A stretch of 64,000 bases of DNA from Amoebidium appalachense (GCA_963693365.1 CAVNZM010000002.1:620001-684000), one strand, 5' to 3'; counted from the first letter of the stretch, positions 17,299-42,239 are shown. Notes: generated by a model not told the origin, from the letters alone. Made by a program: numbers and translations.

Positions 17299-18573
17299 AA
17301 GAAAAGAAAAATCTCTAGGCCGGGCCAGCCCATATGAACGCCATGATGATTGCCCTCATGCTGAGAGTATCGATTTTGAAATGGTAAGTATGTCGTTTCT
17401 CCTCTGATACATTATATGTGTAAAAGTGCCTGCCTGGTGCCGTCGACATGATGAATAAGTTCTATGTGCACAAACATTATTAGTAGTAGGACCGATCCCT
17501 ACTAATATTAGGCAGGGTGGTCATACTACGTACGTACACAGTCACACGTCTACGCCCACGCACACACGTACGTTCTCTCATGCCAACGTGCACATGCCAT
17601 GAATGTACACCTTACAAGCACAATACACATCACATGCATGCACACACACACATGCGTATGAGAGCTCTCATGGAATTGCATGGCATTGGGCCACATGCGT
17701 CTGAGCTATGGGCGCACGGATGCATACATGCCAATGCTTTGCCGGTTTAGATCTGCTTTGTGGCAGTGGAGATCTCTCGTGATGACGTATGAGTGTCCGC
17801 ATATTCCTTCCTTTTAGCTATGCATGGTTAGTAAAGATAAGCTCCTCCATATATGTGCTTTATACTGCAATATCATTACTGATGGCCTTGTCTTAGGTTT
17901 TTTCCAGTTTTTTCAAAGTCTGCATCCTCGAGTTCAAGACAGTGCCGCGGCAGCTCGCGGGGGAATCGGGATTCCCGTCTCTAAAAGTAAACTCGGTTCC
18001 TATTGGTGGATGCATTTGGCACTTTTTACAACGATTGGCTGCTGTGTTATGCCTTTTGATTGGATGATACTTGAGATTATTCCAAGTCTCCCTACACCTA
18101 AACAACCCGAGTTGGGCCAGCCCAGGCTCATAATAGCACTCATAGCCGTGTCCAAAGAAAGAGCGCGCTGTAAAACCTGCGTCCCATTACTTCCCAATAC
18201 ATTTAACCGTTTTTGTTTAGCATCTAGTTACCAAAAAATGTACAACGAGCTACTTGAATATGTGTGCAGAGAGAGCGCTCTCTGCACTCCCGATGCACGA
18301 TCTAGGAGGACGGTCGTTGAGTATATAAGTGAGAAAAAAGTCAGTCATTATGATCAGTCTACACAGTCCCCGGTTGCCAACTAACCTCACCAGCCATACT
18401 ACACAGTAGTGTGTACGCGCAGCTGCAGACGTCTGTTTCAGTTTATTATCTCAACAGCACAACCAGGACTCACTTTAGCTTTTACAGAACTTATCCTTAC
18501 GTCTACTGCTTTATTTCTTTTGTGTCAAACCTTCCCACTGTATGTATACAAGCAGCCAGCTTTTCCCTGCAAA

Positions 18574-20007
18574 ATGGCGACCGTTTCAGCGCTGCCGACA
18601 GCCCACGGCTTCGACGACAAGAAGTATGACGGGGCCAGCAACCCCATAGCCGACAGTTCTGCCTTCGCCACCCCCAGCAAGATACTTGATAATGACGTGC
18701 CTGTGTCTGAAATCACCACCACCGAGCCACACTCACGGTGGTTCCAAGCCGCCTTTCACATGTGTACTGTGATTGCTGGGGCGGGAGTACTGGGTCTTCC
18801 TCATGCGTTTGCGCAACTCACCTGGGCCGGTGGTGTATTCACCCTTATTGCCGTGCTGATTGTGAGCTACTACACCACAGTGCTCCTGGCACGCATGCAC
18901 GTGACACGCACTGACGTAGAGAACTCTGCACCCCGCCGCCTGAACACCTACTATGGCGTTGCCGAATACACAATGGGGAAGAAGCTGGCTGCCTACCTGG
19001 TGGCACCCTTCCAGGTAGTCATCATTGTGGGCTCAGCCATTGCATTTCTCATCATTGCCGGTACCATGATCGACGCCATATACCTCGGCCACTGCCAAAA
19101 CTGCACACACGTACGTCAAATGGTGTGGACCACAGGTGTTGCGGGTGTTGAGCTTCTCCTTTCGTTCTTCCCCTCCCTCGAGAGTATTTCGGGTGTGTCT
19201 CTCCTTGCAGCCATGGCTACCCTCGGCTGCTGCACCATCTCCGTGGCTCTGTGTGCATCCCTCGGCCAACAGCCCGATGTGAGCTACTCCATGCCTTCGT
19301 CTGACAGTGTCTGGAACATTGTGTGCAGCATCTTCACGGGTATTTCTACCGTCGTGTTTGCATGCTCCGTCAACGTGATTCTTCCCGAAATCCAGGCCAC
19401 ACTGCGGCCTACACCCAGCCCCACCAAAGAGGGTGTAAAAGCAATCTCCCTCACCTGGGTGTTTGTTATCATCCTGTACTTTGCTAGCGCATGCACCGGG
19501 TACTACGCGTTTGGTAGAGCCGTCAACTCGAACATTCTCATCAGCATCCAGCAGGCAAGCAGTAGTTCGGTTGTTTCCGCAGCCGTCACTGTTGCAGAGG
19601 CCTTCATCATTTTCCACGTTGTTATTACCTATCAGGTTTTGACTCTTCCCCTGTTTGAGAAAATGGAGCGCGCCGCCGCACGTAACATCGAAGCCGTTGC
19701 CAAGCGCCCGAGGTTCTTCCGGTTCCCAATCCGCTGCTCGTTTATCATCGGCACGTGGTTTGTTGCGTGTGCAATCCCGTTCTTTGGCGACATTATGGGC
19801 CTGTTTGGTGCCCTGGCCTGCATGCCTCTGACGTTTATCTTCCCGGCCGCAATGTATCTTATGTACCGCGGCAATGACATGGGCAGGGTTGAGCGGTTTG
19901 CATGCCATGCGGTTATTGTCGGTGGGATTTTGGCCGGGGTGATGGGCACTATTTCGGCCATTGCTGCCATCATTCAGGATGCCAGCACGTTCCAGATGTT
20001 TGCGTAA
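18574..20007 (+). CDS. Amino acid/auxin permease (AAAP) family transporter, LHT/GAT-like, intronless
   Basis: 477-codon ORF from ATG 18574. Motifs WFQAAFHMCTVIAGAGVLGLPHAFAQLTW, VILPEIQATL, GYYAFG and IPFFGDIMGLFGA; many hydrophobic TM segments. Confidence 0.92.
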   Translation: MATVSALPTAHGFDDKKYDGASNPIADSSAFATPSKILDNDVPVSEITTTEPHSRWFQAAFHMCTVIAGAGVLGLPHAFAQLTWAGGVFTLIAVLIVSYYTTVLLARMHVTRTDVENSAPRRLNTYYGVAEYTMGKKLAAYLVAPFQVVIIVGSAIAFLIIAGTMIDAIYLGHCQNCTHVRQMVWTTGVAGVELLLSFFPSLESISGVSLLAAMATLGCCTISVALCASLGQQPDVSYSMPSSDSVWNIVCSIFTGISTVVFACSVNVILPEIQATLRPTPSPTKEGVKAISLTWVFVIILYFASACTGYYAFGRAVNSNILISIQQASSSSVVSAAVTVAEAFIIFHVVITYQVLTLPLFEKMERAAARNIEAVAKRPRFFRFPIRCSFIIGTWFVACAIPFFGDIMGLFGALACMPLTFIFPAAMYLMYRGNDMGRVERFACHAVIVGGILAGVMGTISAIAAIIQDASTFQMFA

Positions 20008-20361
20008 ATGACTATATTCACACTGCGTAGAGTTGGGTAGATTCACAACTTTGCACTTTGTAAAGCACGAGAGGAAGTGCTTTGAACAAAGTTTCGAGAA
20101 CTATTGCCATGACTACCGTAGTGCAAACACGAATCACTGATGTTTGTTGATTACCTGTTTGTTTGCTTGTGGCAATTTATGCAGTGTGGGCTATTTGTAA
20201 TTAGTACCCTAACATGAAGTACATACGCTAAGTATGAGTGACTCAGTGAGTTCACGAGGTGCCTGGAGCATCACATTAGTCCTTTTTCGATAACTGTATA
20301 AATCTACATGTTCTGAACTTTGCTTGGAAGTTCTGGGTCTCCCCTCAGCTCCTCCCCCCCC

Positions 20362-20410
<49 letters not shown>

Positions 20411-20686
20411 ACCACCACCACCACCCCCGCCACCCCCACTGGTGACCCCCTCCTTCTTCTCCCCCCTCTTCTCCAGAGCCTGCCACTCATTCGGGCACTC
20501 TTTTTATATCTCCTTATGAAGTGTCGCATATTTTTTTCCCCATATGCCGTTCTCATAAAAGCATAAGACTGGTGTGAAAACAAGATAACTAAACTCGACA
20601 CACTCCTGTTGTACTTGAATTCAAACCGCAAATACATGCGAACCTGGCCATTGGAGGAGGTCAACTTATTCTCTAGCCATTGTGGT

Positions 20687-20726
<40 letters not shown>

Positions 20727-20870
20727 AGAAAAAAAAAAAAAAAAGAAAAGAAAAAAAAGAATGAAAAATCAAACTAAAGCCTTAGTCCCGGAGTCTGTCC
20801 TATATAAGTTAGAAATAAGCCAGATGATACCCAAACACTCCCCCCCCCCCCCCCCCCCTCCCTTTCCTCA

Positions 20871-20964
<94 letters not shown>

Positions 20965-21058
20965 CCCCCCGGACCAAGGTTTGTAGAACTTAAAACAATT
21001 TATGTGTGTTCGTTTGGTGTTCGTTTGGACCTGCTACCCGTGTTTCTATAATTACCGA

Positions 21059-21113
<55 letters not shown>

Positions 21114-22139
21114 CCCTTCCCCCCCCCCCCCCCCCCCACCCGCCCGCCCGCCCACCCGTGGCCACCACCACCACCACCACCGTTAATGAATTCTTGCTTT
21201 TCCTTTATGCCCACAATTGCCTACTGTAACTCAGAGTCCCTCAAGTTTAGACATATCCACATATATCCATTTCATGCTCTAGTGTGCCAATGTTATCCCC
21301 GTCCATTTTTTGATAAAGATATCCGCAAGTGCCCAGCTGTCATTTCTGGATATATCCCCATCTACCTATTAAGCCTAGTAATGCCATCTGCAAACATTCC
21401 ATTTTTCAAGTTACGAAGAAATTGGAAATGCTCCCGCTCTCCATCTTTGTTTAGATCATATCCACAAATCGGCCCCTCTCCATCCTCTAGAGATTCAGGA
21501 AATCCTTCCGGTATCTGACGGTCGGTCCCTTTTACGAGTATATCTACGAATATATCCCCTCTAGATCTATCCATTTTTTCCGCTCATATCTGTAAACACC
21601 CCCTTTACCCATCCCTTTCAAACCCATTTTTGCAAAACTCACCTTGTACATCCTTAAAGATCGTATCGGCAAATATATCCCCTATCCAGACTTTTACCGT
21701 ATATCCACAAATTTTCCATTATCCCTCCTTTTTACCGGTGAAGGTATCTAGCAGCCCGATGCCTGCGTGTTCCGGTTGGATTATCCTTCTGATGCAAACT
21801 ATGAATAACATCCACCAAACGCCCAAACAACACACACACACACACACACACGTGTGTGCGCGCGCGGGCCACACACACACAGGTCTGTACGCGTTCGTGG
21901 ACGAGCGCACAAGTGTGCATGCACCCTCCGCGTGTGCACGTGCACACACACTAACATACGCACATGGACGTACGTACATATATACACAACCGCACACACA
22001 CACATCCGTGACAGACACACAGGTGCATCCCCGCACCCACATGCGCAACAAGCAGACAAATGTTCGCACACACGCCACTTGTTCAACCGAGGCACACCAC
22101 ACACACGTACACACACGTGCACACTGGCCCAAAGAGGCA

Positions 22140-22171
<32 letters not shown>

Positions 22172-22321
22172 CACACAAAGGCACAACCTGGCCTTCAGAT
22201 AAAACTGGCTGCCCCGGAAGAAATCCTTTAGACAAAATAAAGTTGGCCAAAAAATAAATAAATAAATAAAAATAAATAAACAAAGCGAAAAAATCTTTGC
22301 GGCACACGCGTTTTTTTTTTT

Positions 22322-22368
<47 letters not shown>

Positions 22369-22864
22369 CGGAGGGGGGAAGAGGGGGGGGAGGGGGGGAG
22401 CTGGGCGAAGGATAGCACAGCACCTATGTAAATGCATATGCATAGTGGCCCGTATACAGGGGACACATACCCGCGTAATGTCACCCAACACCCCTCAATA
22501 AAGCCTCGAAGTATCAGCCTGCAGGCCGTCTGTGACTGTCCGACGATTGGCAGGATTTTGCGTTAAATAATAGCCATATACGGGTAGCAAACGGTATTAA
22601 CCATTCGCTTCCATTTTCCTTCGGCCGAAGGTCACCGACCGTGAACGACAAAACTTTTGGTGCCTTCCGGACTTCGTAAGTGTGTGTGATCATAGTATTT
22701 AGTTGTAGATCTTTGCAGTATAATCCCTTCTCTCAGAGATATAACCGCCATATATGAAGCTAAGAAATAATAATATGTAGGGCTTCCTCTTTGTTAGAGT
22801 CTTTGACTGCACGGAAAGGTAGAGTGGGCGGGCACACCAGGAACCGGAGTCCAAAACCGGCAAC

Positions 22865-34048
<11,184 letters not shown>

Positions 34049-34123
34049 AAGGGGGGTACTGCATGCACACACACATCATGCGCACGTGCACAGATGCACA
34101 CGCACAACACACACACAACACAC

Positions 34124-34186
<63 letters not shown>

Positions 34187-35462
34187 GCACATCGTATGCA
34201 TATACCCGCATGAACGAAACGTGTAAGGCAATGATCCCATAGAAGATGACTCAGAAATTGCTGTACATAGGAGAGGGAGAGAGAGTTTGGGGCGAAAGCC
34301 GGGGGGGGGGGGGGGGGGGGGGGGGGGAGGTTGCAGAGCTGTTGGTTAGGCGAAGGAATTGGTGAAGAAGAATGCAGACAAAGAGAGGGGAGTCGAGGAG
34401 GGGATAGCACGAATGACAGCCTGATTTGATCATGATCTTTAATTATTTGCGAATATTAATCACCCTCAGACAGTGTTTACAGTTTCCAACACATAACATC
34501 TAATATCAGACTGATTCTCCTGTTAGCCCTTTAACTTGCTCGTATTAATTTTTTATTTTTTTTTGCATGCACCTCACACCGTGAGAGCTGAGCCAAAAAA
34601 CAAGGCACGAGTATGGATCTTGCGCAGTTTTTAGTGCTGTATATGTATGCATCGAACTTGCAATGAAAGTTGAAAGCACTCATGAATTCTTGTGTCATGG
34701 CTCGGAAGCAGGCCTTGCAGGGCATGTGGCCTCGTGTGTCGGCCAGTAATATAGCCCAGAGTCAAGTTCAGTCAACCCGTTTGAATTCGAATGAATAAAG
34801 AACAGATGTTGGTTCGGTTGCATTGATCACATCACTGAAGGTAGCCTGCTGATGGATGCGGATGAATCAGATCAGTGCGCCATGTGCACCGTGTGTGTCG
34901 GGTAGCTAGGTGGGAACACTCACCACAACCCATATGGGCATGCTAGCTAATAATATTAGTATGTTGTAAGATGCATAATACTGCCTTCCAGGCTTCCACG
35001 CATATATTCATTATCCATTAAAAGCCTCCAAGGTACCTAGGCCTGCACAGTAACGTGTGTGCCCTGGCTCTGTGCATGTTGATAATCCGCCTGTCCGCAT
35101 AACCGGACAAATCGGTCCTAATTAATGGCTAAAAAGGACAAAAGTGTCCTATCTTTTTCGGCGGCGTCACTAGCGTTGTTTTCGCTAGGAAACACCCCAC
35201 AAGCTGGGTATGGCCAATGAGGTCTAGTATTTTCCTGCCTTTTTTGTCTTTATAGGAAACCAATAGGACTGCAGGGTGAGTAGCTTTTGGCGCGCAAAAG
35301 ATCATGGGTGCAACCGGTTTCCCCCAGTTTTGGGGTGTCCGACTGTCCGATCACGGACACCGTTTGGTTTCCGAACTAAAAGACACCGCAAGATGGTTTG
35401 CGCGCTAGAAAACAAAAAGAACAAGGTAGAACTAGGGTAGAAATAAGTGAAAAGAAAAGAAA

Positions 35463-35710
35463 ATGGTTAGGCGTTTCAGGAAAGACCAGAGAGTTTGGTT
35501 TTTTGCACGCATCTTTGATGGTAGAGTCAGGAACGGTGATGAACGTTGGAGTGAAGAGCAGTTTGGTGAAGAATGGGAAACGAAACAGCCCACAGGCACA
35601 ACTGTGCAAGTATTAAAGAACAATAAATGGTTGGTACACATAGACTACGACGGGAAAGTAGAAGAAGTACCACGGAGCGAGATTCAGCTAGTTGTGGGAT
35701 GTGCGAAGGC
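35463..35710 (+). CDS. Candidate exon encoding a small SH3/Tudor-like beta-barrel (gene or transposon relic, incomplete)
   Basis: High-complexity ATG-initiated frame: FRKDQRVWF...QFGEEWETKQPTGTTVQVLKNNKWLVHIDYDGKVEEVPRSEIQLV, followed by a GT and a G run. Downstream exons could not be resolved. Confidence 0.45.
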
Positions 35711-36312
35711 GTATATATCCTTTTTATTGGGGGGAGGGGGGAGGGGGGGGGAGGGGGGGCGGGGGGCTCGCCCTCTCCCTCTCCCTTCCCCCCCATACGT
35801 TGGAAGAATAAGGATTTCAGCATGGATGTGTGTCTTTGAACGGAACACAGTGGTGCACAGTGTGTGTATCGCCTGCCATTGAAGACGCGTGCCACTGATC
35901 GTGATACACGTGGCACCTGCACCTGGTGGCCGTCGACTCTGAGCATCTAGATCCATTCCATGTTTAGGCCTTCCTGGGGGGGAATGGGGGGGGGGGGGGG
36001 GGGGAGAGAGGGGAGTACCAGTGGGGGGGGGGGGGGGGGGGGGGGAGGGGGATCCGCCTGAGAGGGGGGGGAGGGGGGAGGGGGTGAGGCCGGAGCGGCG
36101 GTGGGGGAGAAGGAGGGGCAGCACTGGTGGAGGAAACGGTGGGCAGCTGAGGAGGGGGGAATGGGGTTCGATTTCTGGGGGGGGGGGGATTCGAAGTTTT
36201 GAAGTGGAGGCCGGCCTATATATATATACATGCGCAGGCATGTGCATTGTATGTTCATGTGGCCATGCATGGCTATGATGCATATGTGGTGTCACGGCTG
36301 TGTGTGTGTGAA

Positions 36313-36369
<57 letters not shown>

Positions 36370-36563
36370 CGCGCGCGCGCGTGGGTGTGTGCATAAATGT
36401 GTTTGGTGTGACAACATGTACATGTGCTAGGCTTGCGCTGTAGTCAGGGTCTGCCATTGAACATTCTACAGGGACAGGGAGACACGTACGTACGTGTGCA
36501 GCTTGTGTGGGTGGTGTATGCTCCGTGTATGATGAGACCTGCGAAGTCATGAGAAGCTTTCCC

Positions 36564-36603
<40 letters not shown>

Positions 36604-36604
<1 letters not shown>

Positions 36605-36695
36605 CTCGGACGTTCCGATTTGGCCGGGACGATTTTCGGAACTGTGTTTTCAAATATCGGAAATTCCGATTTTTTTTTCGTAACTTCGAACCCTG
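36604..36695. mobile_element. Possible solo end of a hAT-like DNA transposon
   Basis: The reverse complement starts CAGGGTTCGAAG and carries repeated TCGGA/TTCCGA subterminal motifs. No partner TIR was seen in the window. Confidence 0.3.
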
Positions 36696-38539
36696 GACAG
36701 TGTGATCGCTGGAGCTGTGCTGATTGGATAAATATATCCACTTCACGTGATCAGATCATATACTACTAATCCTAACAAAAAAAGGTATAGACAAAAGCAG
36801 AATACAGCACAAAAGGAGATTGTAATTTTGAGATATACTATTTGGGTTCACTTGTGCGCCATATGCACCGCCCTGAGTTGGTAAGTGGGCGTTTCAGCGA
36901 GTGAACGCGTGCAAGAAATCGCCTACCGTGTGACAAGTGGCTAATAAAATATCAATGGAATTCCAAGAGGCATTCCATTGTGGATGACATATTATCGAGA
37001 GGCGGGGCAAAGCTTTCGGAGCTACCAATGCTAGCTTCTGCTTATCCATAATCTATACTGTAGGGTTGTTTTATTGCATACAGCGTACATAAGTCGCTAG
37101 CTGCATTTGATTGGCTGCGCTGGAAAACGCAGGAGGCCGTCAAGTGAGGCTGGGCCCCTGACGATGTCCGCAGGAATACAAAGTGCATAAACCCCCCCTT
37201 TTGGAGAACGTCATATACTCGCAAATAGGTACGACCAGGCCCTCGGGTTAAATTGTAACAATACAGGTGCACCACCTCATAGAATAAAGAGAAAAAATGA
37301 CATACAATAACATCCATTGAAAACATCACTTCACACCCTTATTGTAGTAGTTATGTTTATGACGGTATGCGGTGCACCCTGGCCACTGCCGCCGACGGTG
37401 ACACTGCAGCTGGCTCCCCGTGGTGCGTGACGTCACACGACCTGCGCGCCGCCGTCGATCGGGATCCCGAGGTGAGTCCCAAGCAAAGATTCTCTTCTTT
37501 ACACTGATAGCTGTGGTTTCCTCATAAAACCCGCATATAATATGCAATCATTCCAAATGTTTTTCCATCGTTCTTACCAACTTATTTTTACCAGACCGAG
37601 TGTGGACCAGTGTGGGCCGCATCTTCGGCGCGGCGAGCTGCCTCGCGTGCGCCGCCGCTGATCATGACCCGCAGGCTGGTCGACAGGTGTGTGTGTAACA
37701 CCTACAACTATGTTGTAGGTCTTCTGATTGGCTAATGGATTTCGGGTGCTAAAACTATCTACAATTCACCCTCATACTCACAATACATAGCCCCTCGTAT
37801 GTACCATCCTGTTACTATCCTATTTTCAGTTCATTTCTCCACTGGACCACGTCGCGGTTGTGTGTACGGCACGACCACTGTTTTTGGACGGGAAGCTCCC
37901 ATCTGCGGTGACGTCACTGGTGTGTGACCAGCAGATCAAAGTTAATTGGACAATGGACCTGATGTTACCCCGGGAATACCCACATGGATGATAATAAGCG
38001 AATAGGAACGGGTGCTATGCATTGATTTCTAATGTTGGTCTATTCCACTAGATCAGAGGAATGCAAGGTTGACCAATGGATGCGGACTATCCTTGCTCCT
38101 CTTTGCCGGCCTCCATTTGATGTCATGTATATAATGTAGGCAGCCGTGCGGAGGGAGCGAGTTGTGGCGGGAAGACGGTAGATGGGTCGTCGGCATTGTT
38201 TGCGTAGTACACGTGCTTCACTTGCCATACCGCCGACTCCAAGCTTACATTCTTTGATACGCTTATGCTATTGTTGGCTGCACACATACTAGTACCGTGT
38301 GACCTTTTTAAGCACATCGGCTCATACACCAACCTATCGCATTACAGGTGCTTCTTTGCAGCGGTAGGACAGTGACCACCTGTGTGTGGACGTGTGATCG
38401 TTTTTTATGATTCTTTGCAGTCAACCAAACGGTTTTAACTTATTGATAGTGCTAGTGCGCAAAACTAGTCAACATGTGTGCCAGCCCAATTTACGCATTT
38501 GTCCAAAACCCCACCCGCCCACACAACGTTACCGGACCC

Positions 38540-39685
38540 ATGGCGACCCACATGCAGACAGACAGGCAAATGTTCCGCCCGCCCCCTCTCAGCGTCCCAC
38601 CAGTGACCTTCCTTCACACGCCCAGCTCACACCCATACACACCAACCACCCCCGTTGCACCAAGTATGAATGACGCCGTCTCCGCCAGCCTCTATGGGGT
38701 GTGGCTTGCCCTCGCCATACACACAGATACATTTGATTTTTCACTCGAAGTTGAGAGTGCACCCAACATCCAAGACAGTAACTATCTTCCCAAGCCGTTT
38801 AGCCCCTGTGTAAACAACAGTACCCCACATCTCGGCGATTCCAAGTCCCAGCCGGACCTTCTTAACCCCGCGTCTCAATACAGCGGCACGTTTGACATTT
38901 CACTCAGCGCATTTCCACAGTGGGAGATGGACCCACCAGAGGCACAAGTGCATTCAGCTTTGCCGTTTAGCCGCGCACACTCCCTGCCCGACCTTGACCA
39001 TTTGCAGCTGGATGCGTTTAATCCGGATAACGCTGGCGGCTACCCCCAGACACACCGCAGCATGTCTGAGCCTCAGATTCCCCTGTCTGCAAACGGTGTC
39101 CTCCCCTCGCCACCACTCACCCCCCACGAAAACATTCCGCACCGTATGCATGGCACCAATGTGACGAGACTATTCACGACGTCGTCACCCCCCAGTGTGC
39201 CCTCACATGCACAAGCACAGTGCCACGTACCTGCCACTGTGTCGCCACGGTTCGAGCAAACACACCTCAAGCAGCCCATGGCCCAACCACCACTATCCTC
39301 CGACAGGGCACCCATGCAGCGCAAGAACTCGCAACCCACCAGGAGCGCTGTATCTTCGGAGAGGGAGGACCGTGTTGGCACCACAAGGACAAATAAGCGC
39401 GTGTCTTCACGCATCCGCAGGCGCCGTACGGAGCTGAGACGCAAGCACGCATGCCCGTGGGAAAACTGCGGGAAAAGGTACGAGGCGTGGAGGTCCCTTC
39501 AGCACCACGTGCACACCGCACATGGCGTGCGTGTTTCACGTCCTGATTTCGATCTCCTCTTCTCCGATCTGTGTGCCGAGCCTGATGCCGATAAGAGGGA
39601 TCGGATGATACAGCGCCTGCCCTGCGAGAGATTTGCAAAGCCGATGCCGATACTTCCTGCACCCAGCAGCCCTACTAGTGATTGA
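38540..39685 (+). CDS. C2H2 zinc-finger protein (putative transcription factor), intronless
   Basis: 381-codon ORF from ATG 38540. P/S-rich low-complexity N-terminus, basic RIRRRRTELRRK, then HACPWENCGKRYEAWRSLQHHVHTAH. Confidence 0.82.
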   Translation: MATHMQTDRQMFRPPPLSVPPVTFLHTPSSHPYTPTTPVAPSMNDAVSASLYGVWLALAIHTDTFDFSLEVESAPNIQDSNYLPKPFSPCVNNSTPHLGDSKSQPDLLNPASQYSGTFDISLSAFPQWEMDPPEAQVHSALPFSRAHSLPDLDHLQLDAFNPDNAGGYPQTHRSMSEPQIPLSANGVLPSPPLTPHENIPHRMHGTNVTRLFTTSSPPSVPSHAQAQCHVPATVSPRFEQTHLKQPMAQPPLSSDRAPMQRKNSQPTRSAVSSEREDRVGTTRTNKRVSSRIRRRRTELRRKHACPWENCGKRYEAWRSLQHHVHTAHGVRVSRPDFDLLFSDLCAEPDADKRDRMIQRLPCERFAKPMPILPAPSSPTSD

Positions 39686-39959
39686 CAGAGCCTTAACTGT
39701 TGAAGTTTTTTAGTTTCATATTAGTATTCGATTTTCGAAAATGTCTGCATTGTGTGAGGAAGATGTTGAAAAAGAGTATTTGAAACGCTCGGGAACTTCG
39801 AGGTCAATTGTTTTGCGAATTTAGATGTAGAAGTGTGCCGAGGGACGCATACAAGTTGATATATAGAAAAGTATGTCTATATGCAGAAGAGATCATCATG
39901 AAGTTGCTCTGTGAGTTTTGTATGCAGACTGTAGTCGCTATTGTGGTTGGGAGCCTGGG

Positions 39960-39998
<39 letters not shown>

Positions 39999-40242
39999 TG
40001 CGATGTGCACCACCAAGACACAGAGTTTCGGATGGTGGTATAATCGGATTTTGCATTATAAAAGACCACGTGTACATGTAAATGTATCGATAGAATTTCG
40101 GTGGCAGTTCAGCCCAGGTCGATTGTAAAAAAGAAAGGTAGAAATGCAGTGTTTGTAATGAAAAAAACTGTCCAAAGCATAATCATTTGTGTGTAGGTCA
40201 CCATACTCTGCCAGTCTTTTGCAACATGGTGACCGATGAACG

Positions 40243-40278
<36 letters not shown>

Positions 40279-40482
40279 CCCTGGGGGTATCTCAGTTCAA
40301 GTTGGTGCTAGTGGTGGTGCTTGTGTTGTCTGAGTGTGGGTATGGTGTGGGTGGGTGGGTGGGCTTGTGGATGGATGGTAGTCTTTCTGTTTGTGTGGGG
40401 TAGGTAAGGGAAGGTAAATGTGGTTGTACATGTCAGAGAGAAGGGGGGGCGGGGGGAGGGGGGGTTCAGACTCACCACCATC

Positions 40483-40518
<36 letters not shown>

Positions 40519-41244
40519 AACCCCATCTCACCCATCTGGACCACCACCACCAAACAAACAGTCACATTGTCCCAGAATTAATTAGGTTTAGTTGGGTACA
40601 TATGTGGCTACCCGAAGGGCACGGAAGTTCCCCCCCCCTCCCCCCCCCCCCCCCCCCCCCACCCACCCACACACACACCACCACCACCACCACCACCACC
40701 ATCACCACCATCACCACCACAACACACACACAACACACACGTGACACACACACACACACACACACGCACACACGCACGCACACACACACACACACACACA
40801 GACACACACACACAAACACACACACATGCACACACACACACACACACCCGAACCGGACATTTTTTCTTTCTGGGCCAGGTTCATACATACTGTACTGTCA
40901 GTGGTAGGGTAACCGCGTTCACTTGGTTTATCCGCACTATGATGGATCTCAAAGGTTAAACCCGGCCGCTTTTAGACACAGAATGGGCGATTAAGAAGGC
41001 TCCCCAACAAGGGGCGGGGCAGGGAGGGATGGGACGGGGGGGGGGGGGGGGAGGGGGGTGACAGGGGGAGGGGAGGGGGGGGGGGGGGGCTAGGGGGACA
41101 GACACATCTGAGTCAACAGACCAACCAATCATCGAGTTATACCCAATTAGCCAAGATATGCACGTGACTGTTCAGGCAGCAATACCAGAGCAGCAGATTA
41201 GGTCACATCGGGTCACAAGTTCAACGCTAGTGTTCACCTCCCCG

Positions 41245-41281
<37 letters not shown>

Positions 41282-41318
41282 CCCCCCCCCCCCCCCCCCC
41301 CCCGGCGCTCCGGGGCCT

Positions 41319-41359
<41 letters not shown>

Positions 41360-42026
41360 CTCTACCATGCTCTCCTACAGCCCTATCCCCCTTCCATATC
41401 ACCGCACTTGGCACCTATGTGAGTATTAATCCCACTGGCCCTTCGACACGCACTCACATGATCGTTCCACCATGTCCGTGGTACGAACACAATAAATTGT
41501 AGGTTTGGGTAGCAACATTTTGATTGGGCGAATATTCACCCAGAGACGGCCGTGAGAGGCAACCAAGCTAGTTGACAAAAACGATCTGATTCACAGACAA
41601 AATGGAACACAAATTCTACAGTAATTAGTGGTGCCGAAATAAGGAGGAGGGAAAGGGGGGGGGGGGGGGAGGGGGGATAGGAGGGGATAGTAGGAGGTGG
41701 GGAGGAGGGCAGGGGGAGGGGGGAGGGGGGGCGAGAGACGGTGAGAGATAGACAGACAGACAGACAGAGAGGGGGAGGGAAGGGGGGGGGGGGGGGGGGG
41801 GGATACAGGGGGGAGGGAGGGGGGAGAGAGAGAGAAAGAAGTTAGAAGAAGAGAGAGAGAGAAGGAGATAGAGAACGAGAGAGAAAGTGAGCGAGAGAGA
41901 GAAAGTGAAAGAGAGGGTGTGTGTTATTGTATGCGTGCGTGCGCAAGTGTGTGCGTGTGCGAGTATGCCAAGTCACGTGGTTGAGAGAGAGGAGGGAGAG
42001 AGAGAGGGGGGGAGAGAGAGAGAGAG

Positions 42027-42080
<54 letters not shown>

Positions 42081-42113
42081 AGTCACGTGTGTGTGTTTGT
42101 GTGCGCATGCGCC

Positions 42114-42239
<126 letters not shown>

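Noticed and set aside
17824-18384. 186-aa ORF upstream of the transporter
   Set aside because: No recognisable motif; it lies in the probable promoter/UTR region.
19033-20046. 337-aa minus-strand ORF
   Set aside because: Antisense shadow of the transporter CDS.
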